Shown: positions 1 to 11,996 of the stretch, one piece after another
Layout: every line of letters begins with the position of its first letter
Numbering within the stretch: position 1 is the stretch's first letter
Assembly (NCBI GenBank): GCA_051942245.1
Contig: JAVECL010000003.1
Location: forward strand, 1 to 64,000
Direction of reading: 5' to 3'
Source of the DNA: Trypethelium eluteriae
Taxonomy: Eukaryota
DNA length: 64,000 nucleotides
Translations under genes and position numbers: made by a program
The notes under the pieces: generated by a model
The model's database searches: none
Seen by the model: only the letters and a program-made list of their open reading frames with translations
Told to the model about the DNA's origin: nothing

Positions 1-446
1 GCGGGTTCTTGCCGATGTTGCTGCAGCAGGCGGCGTTGTTGGGGGAGTCGGTGTATGTGGAGGATGGGGCGACGCGGTCGACGGATGTGCATGTGGATGA
101 TGCGGCGCGGATGTATTTGCTGGCGGTGGAGAAGGCGAAGCCCGGGGATGTGTTTAACTGTACGAGCTCGACGAATGTGACGTCCAAGGAGCTCGCGGGC
201 GCGATTGGTGAAGTGATCAAGGTTCCCGTGCGTTCGGTGAGCCGGGAGGAAGCTGTGAAGAAATTGGGACCTTTCCTGCCCATGATCTTGACTCATGAAA
301 ATCGCTCTGCCAGTCGCAAAGCTATGGGGCAGTTAGGCTGGCAGCCCAAGGAAGTGGATCGGCTGACCGATACAACGAGGGGATCGTATGTAGCCTTCGC
401 TGAGAAGCTTCGGTCTGATGCTTCACAGAAGACGGCTGGTCTATGA
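1..446 (+). CDS. NAD-dependent epimerase/dehydratase family protein (extended/atypical SDR), 3' part only; 5' end lies outside the window
   Basis: Translation contains VHVDDAARMYLLAVEKAKPGDVFN and KAMGQLGWQP, typical C-terminal motifs of this family; stop at 446. Confidence 0.8.
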   Translation, partial: GFLPMLLQQAALLGESVYVEDGATRSTDVHVDDAARMYLLAVEKAKPGDVFNCTSSTNVTSKELAGAIGEVIKVPVRSVSREEAVKKLGPFLPMILTHENRSASRKAMGQLGWQPKEVDRLTDTTRGSYVAFAEKLRSDASQKTAGL

Positions 447-1025
447 CCGTGGCTTGAGGGCATAAGACATAAGTCCTCTCCAGAGTAAACCAACAAGGGC
501 TGGTTTTGGGACAGACAGTCATCATGTATTGAATATCAAAACACTATTATCGATATTTCGTTGGCGTCAAGATATAGTGACAGGCAAATTAAAGGTGACG
601 TCCTTGTTCTAAGATCTCTATACCACTTTCTGCGCCGTTTGCAAACTGCTATCGCGTCGCGTCAGATTTGAGATAATCAAGAAAATTACTTGGCTTGCGT
701 CTAAATCAGTAGGATTAGAGGATGTGGTCACTCATAGCTCTCCGGGGGCAAAAGAGGACAACTTGATACCGTGGAAGGTTCCATTTTAAAGAAACATTGG
801 ATTGCTCAGTGGATTGACCCTTGCGCTTGACAATGAGCTCGGAAAATGAGCTAAGGGTGTCGCTGCGCAGACACGGACTGAGAACATGGCTTTCCCTATT
901 ATCCATTGCCTGTCGAAGATCATAGTGAGGATCAGGATCTTCGCATTTCACTGCGGAAGCATGGCTGAAATAGGTGACCATGTAGGTTTCTTTGAGGAGA
1001 AAACCGCCCTTAAGCGCAGTCGACA

Positions 1026-2513
1026 TCAAGCCGCGAACGCATAGCCCCCGAGCATATTGTACACCACCCAAGGGTTAGTCCACGGAGCAGTGTTGAGGAT
1101 TTGTGATACCAATGCCGCATTCTGGATGCCGACGCTGGTAGAAAGATAGTTCAACTGATCAATTGTCCATCGCTTGATATTTGTCAAATGACTGGCGGAC
1201 GTTCCGGCAACGTAGAGTGGAAAGAGTAAAGTGTAGCATCGACTACGATGTACCGCCACAGCAAGATCGTCCGACATGTCCACCGAATCAAAAAGTGTGA
1301 AGGGTGGCACAGAGGCGCATATCTCATACGCCATAGAGTCGATAATATTTGCGGCTGCGTCGGATTCGCAGACATAATGAAGTGCGTCCGTACTCGATAG
1401 TATGCTCAAACGTGCGTGCTTGCGGATGAGATCATTTAGACTGATCCGCGTGGCTCGCAGAACATTCCATGTTTGCGCGACGAGATGGTCCGAATAAACA
1501 ATATAATGCTGTTCTAATACCCTTTCGGAAGGCTTCTCCAGATGCTTCGTTTCATAATACCATGAGTGAGGCATACTCTGCGCGACAGTGACGTATTCGG
1601 AGTCTATTTGCTTTGCCTGGTATATGACATCGGCATCGTCGAGAGCGTTCTTCTGGATAGTCGCTCTTAAGAAGGTGTATCTTAAGACTAGACATGTTAT
1701 CCGCCATTTTGGATCATGCTTATTCACAAATGGCTCGAGATCGGAGCGAAGCTTATTTAGGCCGGTTGGAGGTTCTATGTCTGCGCAGGCACAACTAATG
1801 ACGAGGTTCACGAACAATCTGATTGATAACCGCAGTCCAGTATAAGTAGTGAGCTTAGTTTTGCCTCGCAGCTCTGCCAATGCCAGTCCACCTTTAACAT
1901 GGCTCATCCAAGCTCGAGAGCCGCGGGTACGTTCGTCAGTCATTTTTTCGAAGAGATCGAGAAAGAGCACCGCGAGTAGAGTTGGGTCAGTTGTTGCTGA
2001 TTCCGGATATTTGATAGCCTGATTTACCAGTGGAAGGGCTTTAGAGTAGCGGACCCGCGCGATTTGCGCTGCTCTGGCATGGTTAAATCGGAAAGCAAAG
2101 AATGCCAAGCTAACAGCATCCAGGCTTGCACCTAAGTGACTGTTCACTGGTTCGTAAAGCGATTCCAGAACATCGTAAGTCCTGGAGAAGCCCGAGACAT
2201 AATGGAAGAAGAATGCATTTCTTGCCTTGTCGTCGACTGATACCTTTAACGAGCGCGGAAGCTGCTCGATCCTATGACCAATCGCTTTCTGTCTAGCAGT
2301 ATAGCTCTCGTCCTGAACTCGTAATTGAGTCGTATCTCGATAGCCAGAACAGACAAGACATGCTCGAAGGCATTGACCACAGGATGGCTCTGCGAGATCG
2401 CACTATCGAACTCGTTAATGGATTTGAGCTCGACAAGGCAAAGGGAGACGCACTTTGAGTTTTCGTTTTCTGCAGCATGAGCAAGACCTCGATGGCTTGC
2501 CTCGATAGACCAT
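1026..2513 (-). CDS. Zn(II)2Cys6 fungal transcription factor
   Basis: ATG at 2513 gives MVYRGKPSRSCSCCRKRKLK; 51-nt GT-AG intron 2453-2403; then CDLAEPSCGQCLRACLVCSGY completes the Cys6 cluster and runs in frame into ORF 1026-2147 (fungal TF middle region, WMSHVKG motif). Confidence 0.92.
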
Positions 2514-3274
2514 TACGACACGACTACCATAGGCTGTCACTGAAGGACCACGCCAGTGCACCTACATGTCGTATGATATTTGTGGAGAGTTCAGACCTGT
2601 AGAGTCGTATTGGATCCGCTGGTGGTCGTGGAAAGGGCAGGGGAAAATGATGGCCAATGATGGCCAATGATGTAGGTGTGCGGCTACCGCATGCATGCGA
2701 GGAGACCGATTTGGGCCACTTCCCTTCAACCTTCTGGGCTAACATCTCGAGAGTTGAAGTTCATGAAGGTGGCCGGTGGGCAAACGTCTCGGAAGTCGGG
2801 TCCAGCATGTTGCGGCTCTCACTAGTCAGACTACGCTAAGACCGGCCGGCGAGCCTCCCAGGTCACTATTCCTAAGAGAGTATGCAGAAAGTCGACCAAT
2901 CAAGTTCAAGAGTACGTATGCCCCTGTATGGTCTCAATCTTCGATTGGCCGTTGCTACTCTTGTTTTTTGGACATGACGACGTCAACCACATCAACATGC
3001 GCCTCTCGCTCACTTTACTTGCTAGCTCTCTCTGGAGATTGCCTAACACCGTAGCTTCTGGTGGGCGATGTACGTCTCCGGTGTGGCCCTTGAACATTCC
3101 GAAATGCAGATGTCATTCTTGAGTGTTCCTTGGGCCAGCATAAAAGGGAACTGTTCTCTCAAAAACTTGGTCTCTGGTATACAGCCTTAGTTTCCTCTGA
3201 TTCAATTCAGCCCTTTCGCTGTTTTCACACTCTGCTTTCTACCCAAAGCAAACTATTATCATACTTCATTCACC

Positions 3275-4245
3275 ATGCCATTCCAATACAAAACTGTACT
3301 CTTGATTGGCGCCACTTCTGGCATTGGAGCAGCCATGGCCGACCGTCTTGTTCAAGAAGGGTCTACTGTCATTGCTGTAGGCCGTAGACAAGATCGATTG
3401 GATGCTTTCGTCAAGAAGCATGGCCAAGAGAAGGCGAGTAGCGCGGTTTTCGACATCGGCGACAGAACTTCCATCGATGGATTTGTGAACAAGTGAGCGT
3501 CTCAGCCGGCAAGCGCATGATAAGTGATACTCATCCTTGCTATAGCATTACCAAGAAACATCCGGACCTGGACTGCGTCTTTCTCAATGCCGGAACTCAA
3601 AATCGCTACGATCTCGGACAGCCGACCAAAGTCGATCTAGGCCAATTCCATGATGAAGTCAACGTCAATTTCAGCTCCATGGTCGATTTATCCATAAAAT
3701 TTCTCCCGTTCCTCATGAGCAAAGATAGCCCAACCAGCATTGCCTTGTATGCTTAAATTCCCCTTCAAGTCTCCACGTCCCTTCTCTGCTTTTGCGATTT
3801 GAACGACCATTGATTGTGAATACAGTACCGACACGCACCTCGGTATCATACCCGCCGCTCCTATATCTGCATATTCAGCGTCTAAAGCCGCCCTCAACTC
3901 ATTTATTCTGTGTCTGCGCGAGCAACTTGAGGCCCAGAATGCTCAGGTCAAAGTTATCGATATATGGGCACCGGTAGTCCAAAGTACATCTCTCTCAAGA
4001 TACAACCTGCTTTGAAGTGCTAATGAGTTCTAGCCGAGTTGCATGACTACATGGGTGAGGAAAAGGGTCGGCAAATGGGGATGCCAGTAAATGATTTTGT
4101 CGACCAGGCCTACAAGGCCATGGTATCCGGTCAAGAGCAGATTCTTATAGGAGCCATCGGTCCACAGGAAGCTTTCTATGATCTTGTCGAAAAGAGGAGG
4201 AGCACCTTCCAATTTCTCGCAAAGGCGATGAGAGGAATGACGTAA
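3275..4245 (+). CDS. Short-chain dehydrogenase/reductase (DltE-like), 4 exons
   Basis: IGATSGIG nucleotide-binding motif, FLNAG, and YSASK catalytic motif after splicing; introns about 3493-3545, 3747-3826 and 3984-4033. Confidence 0.9.
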
Positions 4246-4574
4246 AGAGATTAAGATGTGCTTCCTTGATAGGCTCTGACTGAAGAGAGAACGTCCGATT
4301 TTGGCACAGGCGACCCGAAAAAACAAGAACAGCAACTTTCTCCTCATATCCTTCTATCTCATTCCTTTTGGCTTTTGTGTGTTCAAAAATACTACTATAG
4401 ACAAGTTCATGCCGTCTGTAGAGTAAAAGTAAATAACCCAATACTGAAACGTAGAGGTAGTTGAGATGAGGGTTGTCGACCGTTACCAAGTCTGGACACT
4501 TTCTCTAGAGAGGTAGCTTCCGACGATCTGGAAGGACTGCGTTTGGCGACGCTGCGCTACAACAGCTGGGTGCA

Positions 4575-5380
4575 CTAATTGGCTGGAAAACGCTTATATC
4601 CTATGCCCTTGACGAAGGTCTGTTGCCAAGGTCCTTGTAACTTATGCTCGGCAAGTTCGGCATAGAACTTTCCATGCGCCTCTCCACTAATATCAAAATA
4701 TGCAGCCGAACCATCCGCTTTACGTTCGTCGCTGTAATAGAATCTATATTTTATCAACTTCATCACAAACCGACTTAGAATAGGAAGTAAATACTTGAAT
4801 CCTCGATCTTGGTAAGCTGAGGCAGCAGACTGGATCATGTGCGCCGTCGCTGACTTTCCGACACCTAAACTCATAAGTGGTGCTATAGTGGTGGTGTTCA
4901 ATATATTTCCAGTATAGATGAATGTTTTGGATGCTGAGTCAGGCAATTGTTTGAAGCCCAGAATCGCTTGCTGTGCAGCAACGAAGGCAGTGACTGTATT
5001 GATGTTCAAGTCTCGAGTGAATTCGATCAGAGGGAGAGAGAGTGGATCATCCTTATCATTCTGGCTTGCTGCACCAGCTTCAAGAAGATATTAGTCGAAT
5101 TTTTGTGGAACCCCAAGTGTCGAGGAATATGCTTACCATTATAAAGTACAACGCTTGGAATACCGAGTAGTGCCTTTACTTTCGAGAATACCATGACGAT
5201 AGTATCCGGATCTGATAAATCGCTCGAGATGCTCAACTGCCCTGCGGTACTCTCTTCTTCTTTCAGGCTTCTGGATGCAAGGGCGACTTTGTAGCCTTTT
5301 GCAGCAAACGCTCGAGCCACATGCTGTCCAACATTGGGCCCTGAACCGAGAATGAGAATGACTGGGGATGTGGCAGGCAT
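4575..5380 (-). CDS. Short-chain dehydrogenase/reductase (atypical), 3 exons
   Basis: ILGSGPNVGQHVARAF Rossmann motif, FIYTGN and LGVGKSA; introns about 5136-5075 and 4795-4746. Confidence 0.85.
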
Positions 5381-5932
5381 ACTTCGGAATGGGGTAGAAA
5401 AAGGGGTGTGAAAGTGATATGGTAGAAGCTGTCTGTTTTAATATAGCCTGTGTGATAACATGAGGGTGAATGATGTTTCTGCGTACTATGACTAAGTATT
5501 TGCACGACTATTCGTCACAAGCATACTGGGGCGCCTCGTAGATATAAAGTTTTCTGCATTGGCTGTAAGTACATGTATATTAAACAGCAAATGGTTTCTC
5601 TGAGTTTCTAAAGCCCAGACTGGAAAAATGCCATCAGGTTAGCACTGTTGCACTACAATTGTCTATTCGACCGGTGAGACTGTTAGTGTTGATGATTCAT
5701 CCTAGGTTCACTAATCCTGGTTGATGACCAAGCCCAGCGCTGCTTTAGCACAGTACAACTTCAACAGCACCATTATTAAAGAAAATATTGAACAAATTTA
5801 TCACAGTGACACGCTATAAAATGCTAGCATGTAAGAGCTGGAACGATTTGGTATCCACTACGAACACCTTTTCCCCTGTATCGCAGTTCAGTGTATGCGC
5901 AAACAGAACGCCTTCCCTCCATCATAAGAACC

Positions 5933-7378
5933 ATGGGCTCAAACATTCTGATCACTGGAGCGGCTGGCTATATGTATGATGTACGATCAGTTCGAGGATG
6001 TTTGTTGCTGATACATGACTATCATGTAGAGGAGGTTCCCTAGTTGCGGACTTTCTGGCTAGCAATAACTCCCTGATTGAGAAAGATAACATTATTGCTG
6101 CGGTTAGATCCAAAGAACAAGCCAAAGCTTTATCGACGTTGGGCATCAATGTGCTTCAATTAGATCTGACCGATGAGAAAGCCGTCGTTCAAAGTCTGTT
6201 ACGATACAATAGTACGCAAGTTTCCACGGCCAGCTGATGGGACAGGCTGACTGTTTCAAAGTTAACATTGTCATTCACTGCGCGAGCTCTATAAACGCAG
6301 ACCTTGCACTCAATCTGATCACCGCACTGGGCAAGCAACGAGAGGCTAGCAGGGAGCAAACATTTTTTATCCATGTCAGTCGACTTGTCCTCAACTCTGT
6401 ATGTACTCACCGCAGGATAGACCTCGGGTTTAAGTGCATTCTACGAGAAGACTGGTTGGCCACAGCGAGAAACTAAAGATACGGGCCCAGTCTTTGACCT
6501 CGAGAAGCAGTTGGCAGACTCTTTCCCTATCCGAAAGGTAATGCCGACCTGTTACTGAGACTGTTAAAACTGCAGCCTCTGACTCGGATAGACTGACGTG
6601 GCTGTTATCGAACATGCAAAAGCGAAAGGAGTGACCAGCTTCATAGTCATACCGTCAACAGTCTGTGAGTGCGGCTTCTAAACGCGATGAGAAATGTGTT
6701 CTTGCAGGCTGATCGTTATACCTAGATGGTAAGGGTAGCGGTGAATGGAATAAGCTATCTGTAGTACTTCCCGTGTATATCCAGGCGTGCATTTCACAAA
6801 GAGCAGTGTCTAAATTCCCCGAGAATACGGTAAGAAGCGAAATATCCAGGCAGTCAGACACTAGCACTGACAAGTTCTGAAGAAAGTGTCAGGCGTGCAT
6901 ATCTCCGATCTGACTGCCCTTTACGGGCGAATCATTCAGAAGATACTCCAGAAAGAACCGCTCCCGAGTGGTACGGAAGGTTATTATTTCGCACTGGCTC
7001 ACAATCTAATTTGGTGGGAAGTCCTGGACCAATTGGCTGCAACCCTCAAAGCTCGCGGCCTCGTAACAACTTCAGACACATCGATCTGGTCCGATGATGA
7101 AGCTGCTGCAGAAGCAATGGGGATTCCGATACAATTTGTGCAGCCTTTGTGGAACTCTGGGTAGGTACTCCTCGTCAATTGAATATCAAACAACTATATC
7201 TGATACCAAACTTAGCGAAAACATTGTTCGCAAAAAGCCAGACATGATCGGGTGGGAACCAGCATGGGACAAGGACGACTTTTTAGGAAGTATAGATGAC
7301 GAGATCCAGGCTGTGCTAGAACTCAGCAAGGCAAAAAGTAGTCTTATTGACTCGCTGTTTGAATCCGCCAAGGGATGA
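5933..7378 (+). CDS. NAD-dependent epimerase/dehydratase family protein, multi-exon
   Basis: ATG 5933 gives MGSNILITGAAGYI; after an intron, GGSLVADFL; later exons give VHISDLTALY and IGWEPAW; stop 7378; about 7 short GT-AG introns. Confidence 0.85.
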
Positions 7379-9862
7379 TCGACGGGAAAATTGAGATGAG
7401 AGGAATTTATTGAGGCTGTCTTTGACCGAATGCAAATTGTTGTGGGGAGCCACTCTTTGCTTTATGTGATGGCAAGGAGGCTCAATGAAGGTGGAGAACC
7501 TACCATGGCACGTATTGATGGATCCTCGACTGCTGCTACAAGGTCGCGATGCCTCTTTTGGGTCTGAAAATGTTTAAGAGTTTCTGTGATACGCACCTTG
7601 CACACTTTCAAAAAGAAAACCTTATATCACTGTAACGAATTAAGGCTCACTGCCGGCTTGAAACCTATATATAGGAATCGCCCCATAAGCCCAGTGGCAT
7701 CTTAAGTGGACTACTACAAGGGATGCTCCTAGACGAGTCTCGAATAGGCGATGTGCAAGTCTCGTGCGCGCCGTTGTGGCACGATGGCGAGCCTTGTGCA
7801 ATCTTCTGTGCAATCCGAGGTAGCGTTTCGATGGAGATTATGATCTTTGCAAAGTTTCAGCACCGAAAACTTTGCATTCCTCAGCTCAAGCAGCTCACTG
7901 AAATTGTCCCTAAGCAGTTTCTAGTCAATCGGCAGTACTCGTTTTGCCGGGGCGAAATGCGGCAACAAGCATACACTCTTCAAGCAGGTAGAAGAGAAGT
8001 ACACCGACTCTCGTGAACGTAGACAGAGCAAGGGTGGATAAAGTCGTTCCCTGGCGTCGATTGCGGATCGGTTACCGAGTGTAGATCAGTGAACTTGGTA
8101 CATACCCTTGGTGCCCCGAAGGTTGTGATGGGTGGAATGATGATGTATCTTGCTTTGGGTCATTCTCACGGAGAGCGCTATTTCGAAAGAAGTCGTCAAA
8201 AAATAGTCCTCCATGATTAAGAGGACATCTTAAGGCTTTTGGCTTGCTTCGTTTCGAATGCGGGGCTTGGAAGGGGAGCGAAAGCAGACCCTAGGGTTAT
8301 GCATCCCCGCTGTTATCCTATGTCACCGCCCTTCTGGATCCCTGCACTCTCTGGACCAGATATGGCTCTTGTTACTTCCCGGAAATGGGAGTCATCCCAG
8401 AACTGGCCTAGCCTAGTCCACTTGTGAAAGGCAAACTACCGTGCGTATCTGCAAGCTCAGCACAACAGACAGTTTTCGTTGCATGTGCCGGGATGGCTGG
8501 GTTCGGGAACCAACACTTGCGTAGGCAAAAAGTAGATGAATGCTAACTGCCATTGTGCAAGTGACTCGACTGCACGTATGCCTCTACATTTGAAGTCGGA
8601 TCAAGGAATACCTAATGAGGGACACCAATAGCTCTAGAACCAAAAATGGTGGCAATACTCCGAGATTCGACTCACCGTTGGACTAAGTAGAGCGGTAGTC
8701 GTGTCTGGGTAGGTACTCGCTAGAATACTGAAGCTGTCAAGGGTCTGCGAGGAAGGTTCAAGAACCAAATTCTCTTGGTGAGCTCGATTTTGAGCTGTTT
8801 ATGATCGGAAGAGTCCATGCATATCTCCGCTTGTAGGTCTGAAATCCCAAAGAACCCGAATTGCGGTCCTGCAGGAAACAAAGAGTCATCTACGGGAATG
8901 TGAGTCTGGAAAAGGGTGCACGAACGACAAAATTCCCACTCACCTATGTCGAATGTATCCAGAATAAGGAGAGTTACGTCATGGCGATACTTTTTGTAAC
9001 ATGACTATCAACAATCTGATCCTTGATGCTACGATATCCACGTGGCCTACCAAGCCAGAGTAGGTAGGCTTGCTGGTTGCACCAAGAACATCGCCCATGC
9101 TTTTGTACCGTATTTTCGATATGAAAACATAGAAGAAACAAGTTCAGTGCCAGATTATCGAGAATCTGCACCGTTCCGTAAGGATAGACTTCATGCAGCC
9201 CCGATGCTGACCCTGAAAGATGAAAAGCAAGTCACATATCAAATTCCTCAAATCTGGTGGGTGGAACTGAGCATCGCCACATCGCCGTAGCGTAGAACAA
9301 CACGATTCTCCGGTGATAGCTAAAGAATCAATACTGTGAAGTCATCAGCATTCCTTGCACTTCGTTGCATTAGCACCGAGATGGCCGTAGCCTCGAGATT
9401 GGCACTTGGCTCGTACGAAGCTAAATTTTCCAGAGCGGGTATCCGGGATAACTTCGGAATAAAGCATCAGTCGGCAGAGAAACGTATCGTGAGATCCATA
9501 AGGTGTGCCCAGCGTATTCAACCTGATCCAGGCCTACCGGAACAGACAGCTCAATAGCTGAAAGGAATTTATCCCTGATTCTTATTCGAGTTAGTCATGA
9601 CGCAATGTAATGCTCAATAATTCTCTTCTCACATTCTACTCCGTCAGGTGTTATCAATTTCAAGCAAACACATTTTGATTTTTCAGTATATCCAATGATT
9701 AGGAGATACATTATGTGCGTGTACGTAACTATTCAAACACACTATACTCAACCCTCATCGCTCGGATTACTCCATTCTTTCGTCTGGACCACGATCTAAA
9801 CCCAATCCAAAGCTTCCGTTTGTGAAACCCCTGATTTATATTCCCACCAGGCAAGGCATAAC

Positions 9863-10481
9863 TCATAGGGTGATACCAAGAAGAGCGTTGTTGATACCAG
9901 TCAGGATACCGTCGAGCAGCTCTTTGACCACAGCAAGCAAGTTATCAACGACACTCTGGAGAGCGGTAATGAGCTGGCTGAGAGAAGTGGTAAGAGGAGT
10001 GATAATGATGGTTTGACGCTTGGCCAGAAGACTCTCTATTTAGAGGATTAGCAATGATGCGGGTCGTGAACTAGAGCGGAGAGTACTCAAACATACCCAA
10101 ACCAGTTGCATCGATGTTGTTCAATGCCCCGTTGATCTCTTCATAGATCTGGGAATACGACGCAGCCACAGCATTGGTGCTGTCGGTACTTCCAGACTCC
10201 GATGGCAAGGCCTGAATTGTCGTGACGGCAGAATTGATGGCACCAGTGATGGAGCTGATGTCAGAGGCGAAAGTGGACTGTGCAGTGCTGTTGTCGGCAG
10301 CAGTAGAGTCAGAATTGATGCTGGCAGCGGTGCTGTTGATGCTCCCCGTATAGGTGGTAATTTGAGAAAAAAGGGAGTCAAGGGCGCTTGCTGCGGCCGA
10401 TGATTGACGTTTCTCGACGACAGGGGCAGAGAAGACGCCAAGGGCGAGAGTGGAGAGAGCGAAGATAGATGAGAACTGCAT
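9863..10481 (-). CDS. Small secreted Ser/Thr/Ala-rich helical protein (possibly HsbA-like or cell-wall type), 2 exons
   Basis: Signal peptide MQFSSIFALSTLALGVFSA, pro-region ending EKR; intron about 10094-10036; exon 2 reads ESLLAKRQTIIITPLTTSLSQLITALQSVVDNLLAVVKELLDGILTGINNALLGITL, stop at 9863. Confidence 0.85.
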
Positions 10482-11900
10482 TTTGGATCTGGAGGGTTGG
10501 GGGTTTCTTTTTTTTAGATTCAGATAAAGAAGATGGTTGAGATAGTGAAGAAGATAGGCAAAAAAAAAAAAGATAAGAACGGGACTTTTTTGCTTTCGAG
10601 CCTTGCTTCTGGTGGAAAAAGGAATCAGAAGAGAGAGATCTAAGGATCTTAAATAGATGCCTGAGCTACGTCAAGAAGGCACGGCCAGGACCTTGGAAAC
10701 AGGATTTTGGAAAGTACTCGACATCTCGGCATGTCAATAAGCCACAATTGCGAAGATCATCATGGCTGTTGCTCCGGATGCCCATCAGGCTGGACATGTG
10801 GTGCCGCGAAACAGAAGATCACCGCCCATGGGGTACCCATGCGCAGCTGAATGTGGATCTTAGTCCGGAGGTTTAACGGCTCGGGAGTGAATATGGGGGG
10901 GTCAAGATAAGTGGTTATTGGTATTCTGACACATAGACCAGGCAAACTTTCACATTCGCGCCGATCCGAGCTCCAGAGGCGTAGCAAGGAAGTGTTTGGG
11001 AAGTCAAGAATTGCCGAAAGTGATTGTCGGGTGTCCTTGCAGGTGCACGCGTAAGGTACAAGGTTATTACATGTGTAATCTTCGACAGACAATTGTTCAC
11101 AAAAACCAATAGGGGAGCATCACAATGGACTTAGGCTGGAAAAATTACAGAGTAAACGGCGCTTCGGAGCACTAGCGCGTGACGGCCTTAGACGCGTCCA
11201 ATAGCATTTGCAGAATGACGCAAAGTTTGCGTGAAAAAGATCAGGCATGAATGATTGGAAAAAGCACCACAAAGATAAAAACAATAAGATTTTGAACATA
11301 TCGTCATTAGCAGTGCAAGGGTGTAGCACGGCCACGGTTGGACTGAAGACTGGGGTTGATTGAAGAATATGGAAATACCCACGGGAGATAGCACCATAGG
11401 GCGTGGGATAGGAACAGTTCCCCTAGCCACGATCGACGTCAGTGGTGGCTAAGCAAAGAGAGCTTAGGGGAGGACAGAAAAGGGGAGAAAGGGGGGAAAC
11501 GCGGTGTAGAGTTTCGCGAGGTCGAGCAAAATGAGGGTGACGTCGCAGTGGTCGAATGGACCAAGGGACGAGGCCGTGAGGATCATCGGTGGAACCGGGC
11601 ATAAGCGTGGCGGTCGCAGTGGGCATCCGAGCACAACGAGGGCAGGGACAACCGACAGCTAGGCAAAAACGGCAAGCGTGACGGCGGTCGGCCTCAGAAC
11701 GGTTTAAGCCGTCGACCGTTGAAAACCACACCCCTGGAATTATTAACAGCCTTATCACCTCATCTCTGAACCACGATGCCGGTCGGTTCCTGGGAAGCAT
11801 CCGGCAACTAGCCGTTGCGCTGCATCGTCACCGACAATCTCCAGAATGCGCTCCAATGAAAAGCTCCTAGCACATTTCGGACTGGAACCAGCATCCCCGG

Positions 11901-11996
11901 AACGGCGCAGCTGCCTGAGCCCAACTCTCTCCGGAAACGGTGCTTGGTAGGAAAAAACCTGTGTAACACCAACTGTGCGCGCCTCCAGTGCGCATT
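11901..11996 (-). ncRNA. Candidate telomerase-RNA CR4/5-like three-way junction (P5/P6/P6.1); extent of the RNA unknown
   Basis: Hand-folded three-way junction containing the hairpin GAGUUGGGCUC in an otherwise non-coding interval; no canonical template found upstream. Confidence 0.35.

Noticed and set aside
8288..8299. ACCCTAGGGTTA palindrome containing a telomere-like word
   Set aside because: Only 8 nt match, expected by chance, and downstream of the CR4/5-like junction on the minus strand
10500..10575. Poly-T and poly-A tracts
   Set aside because: Ordinary 5' UTR or promoter homopolymers; no target-site duplication or retro-element signs
11760..11900. Vertebrate-type H/ACA domain after the junction, suggested by the short words GGAGCG and CCCAGGA
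   Set aside because: No H box or terminal ACA in the expected places; the matches are too short to count
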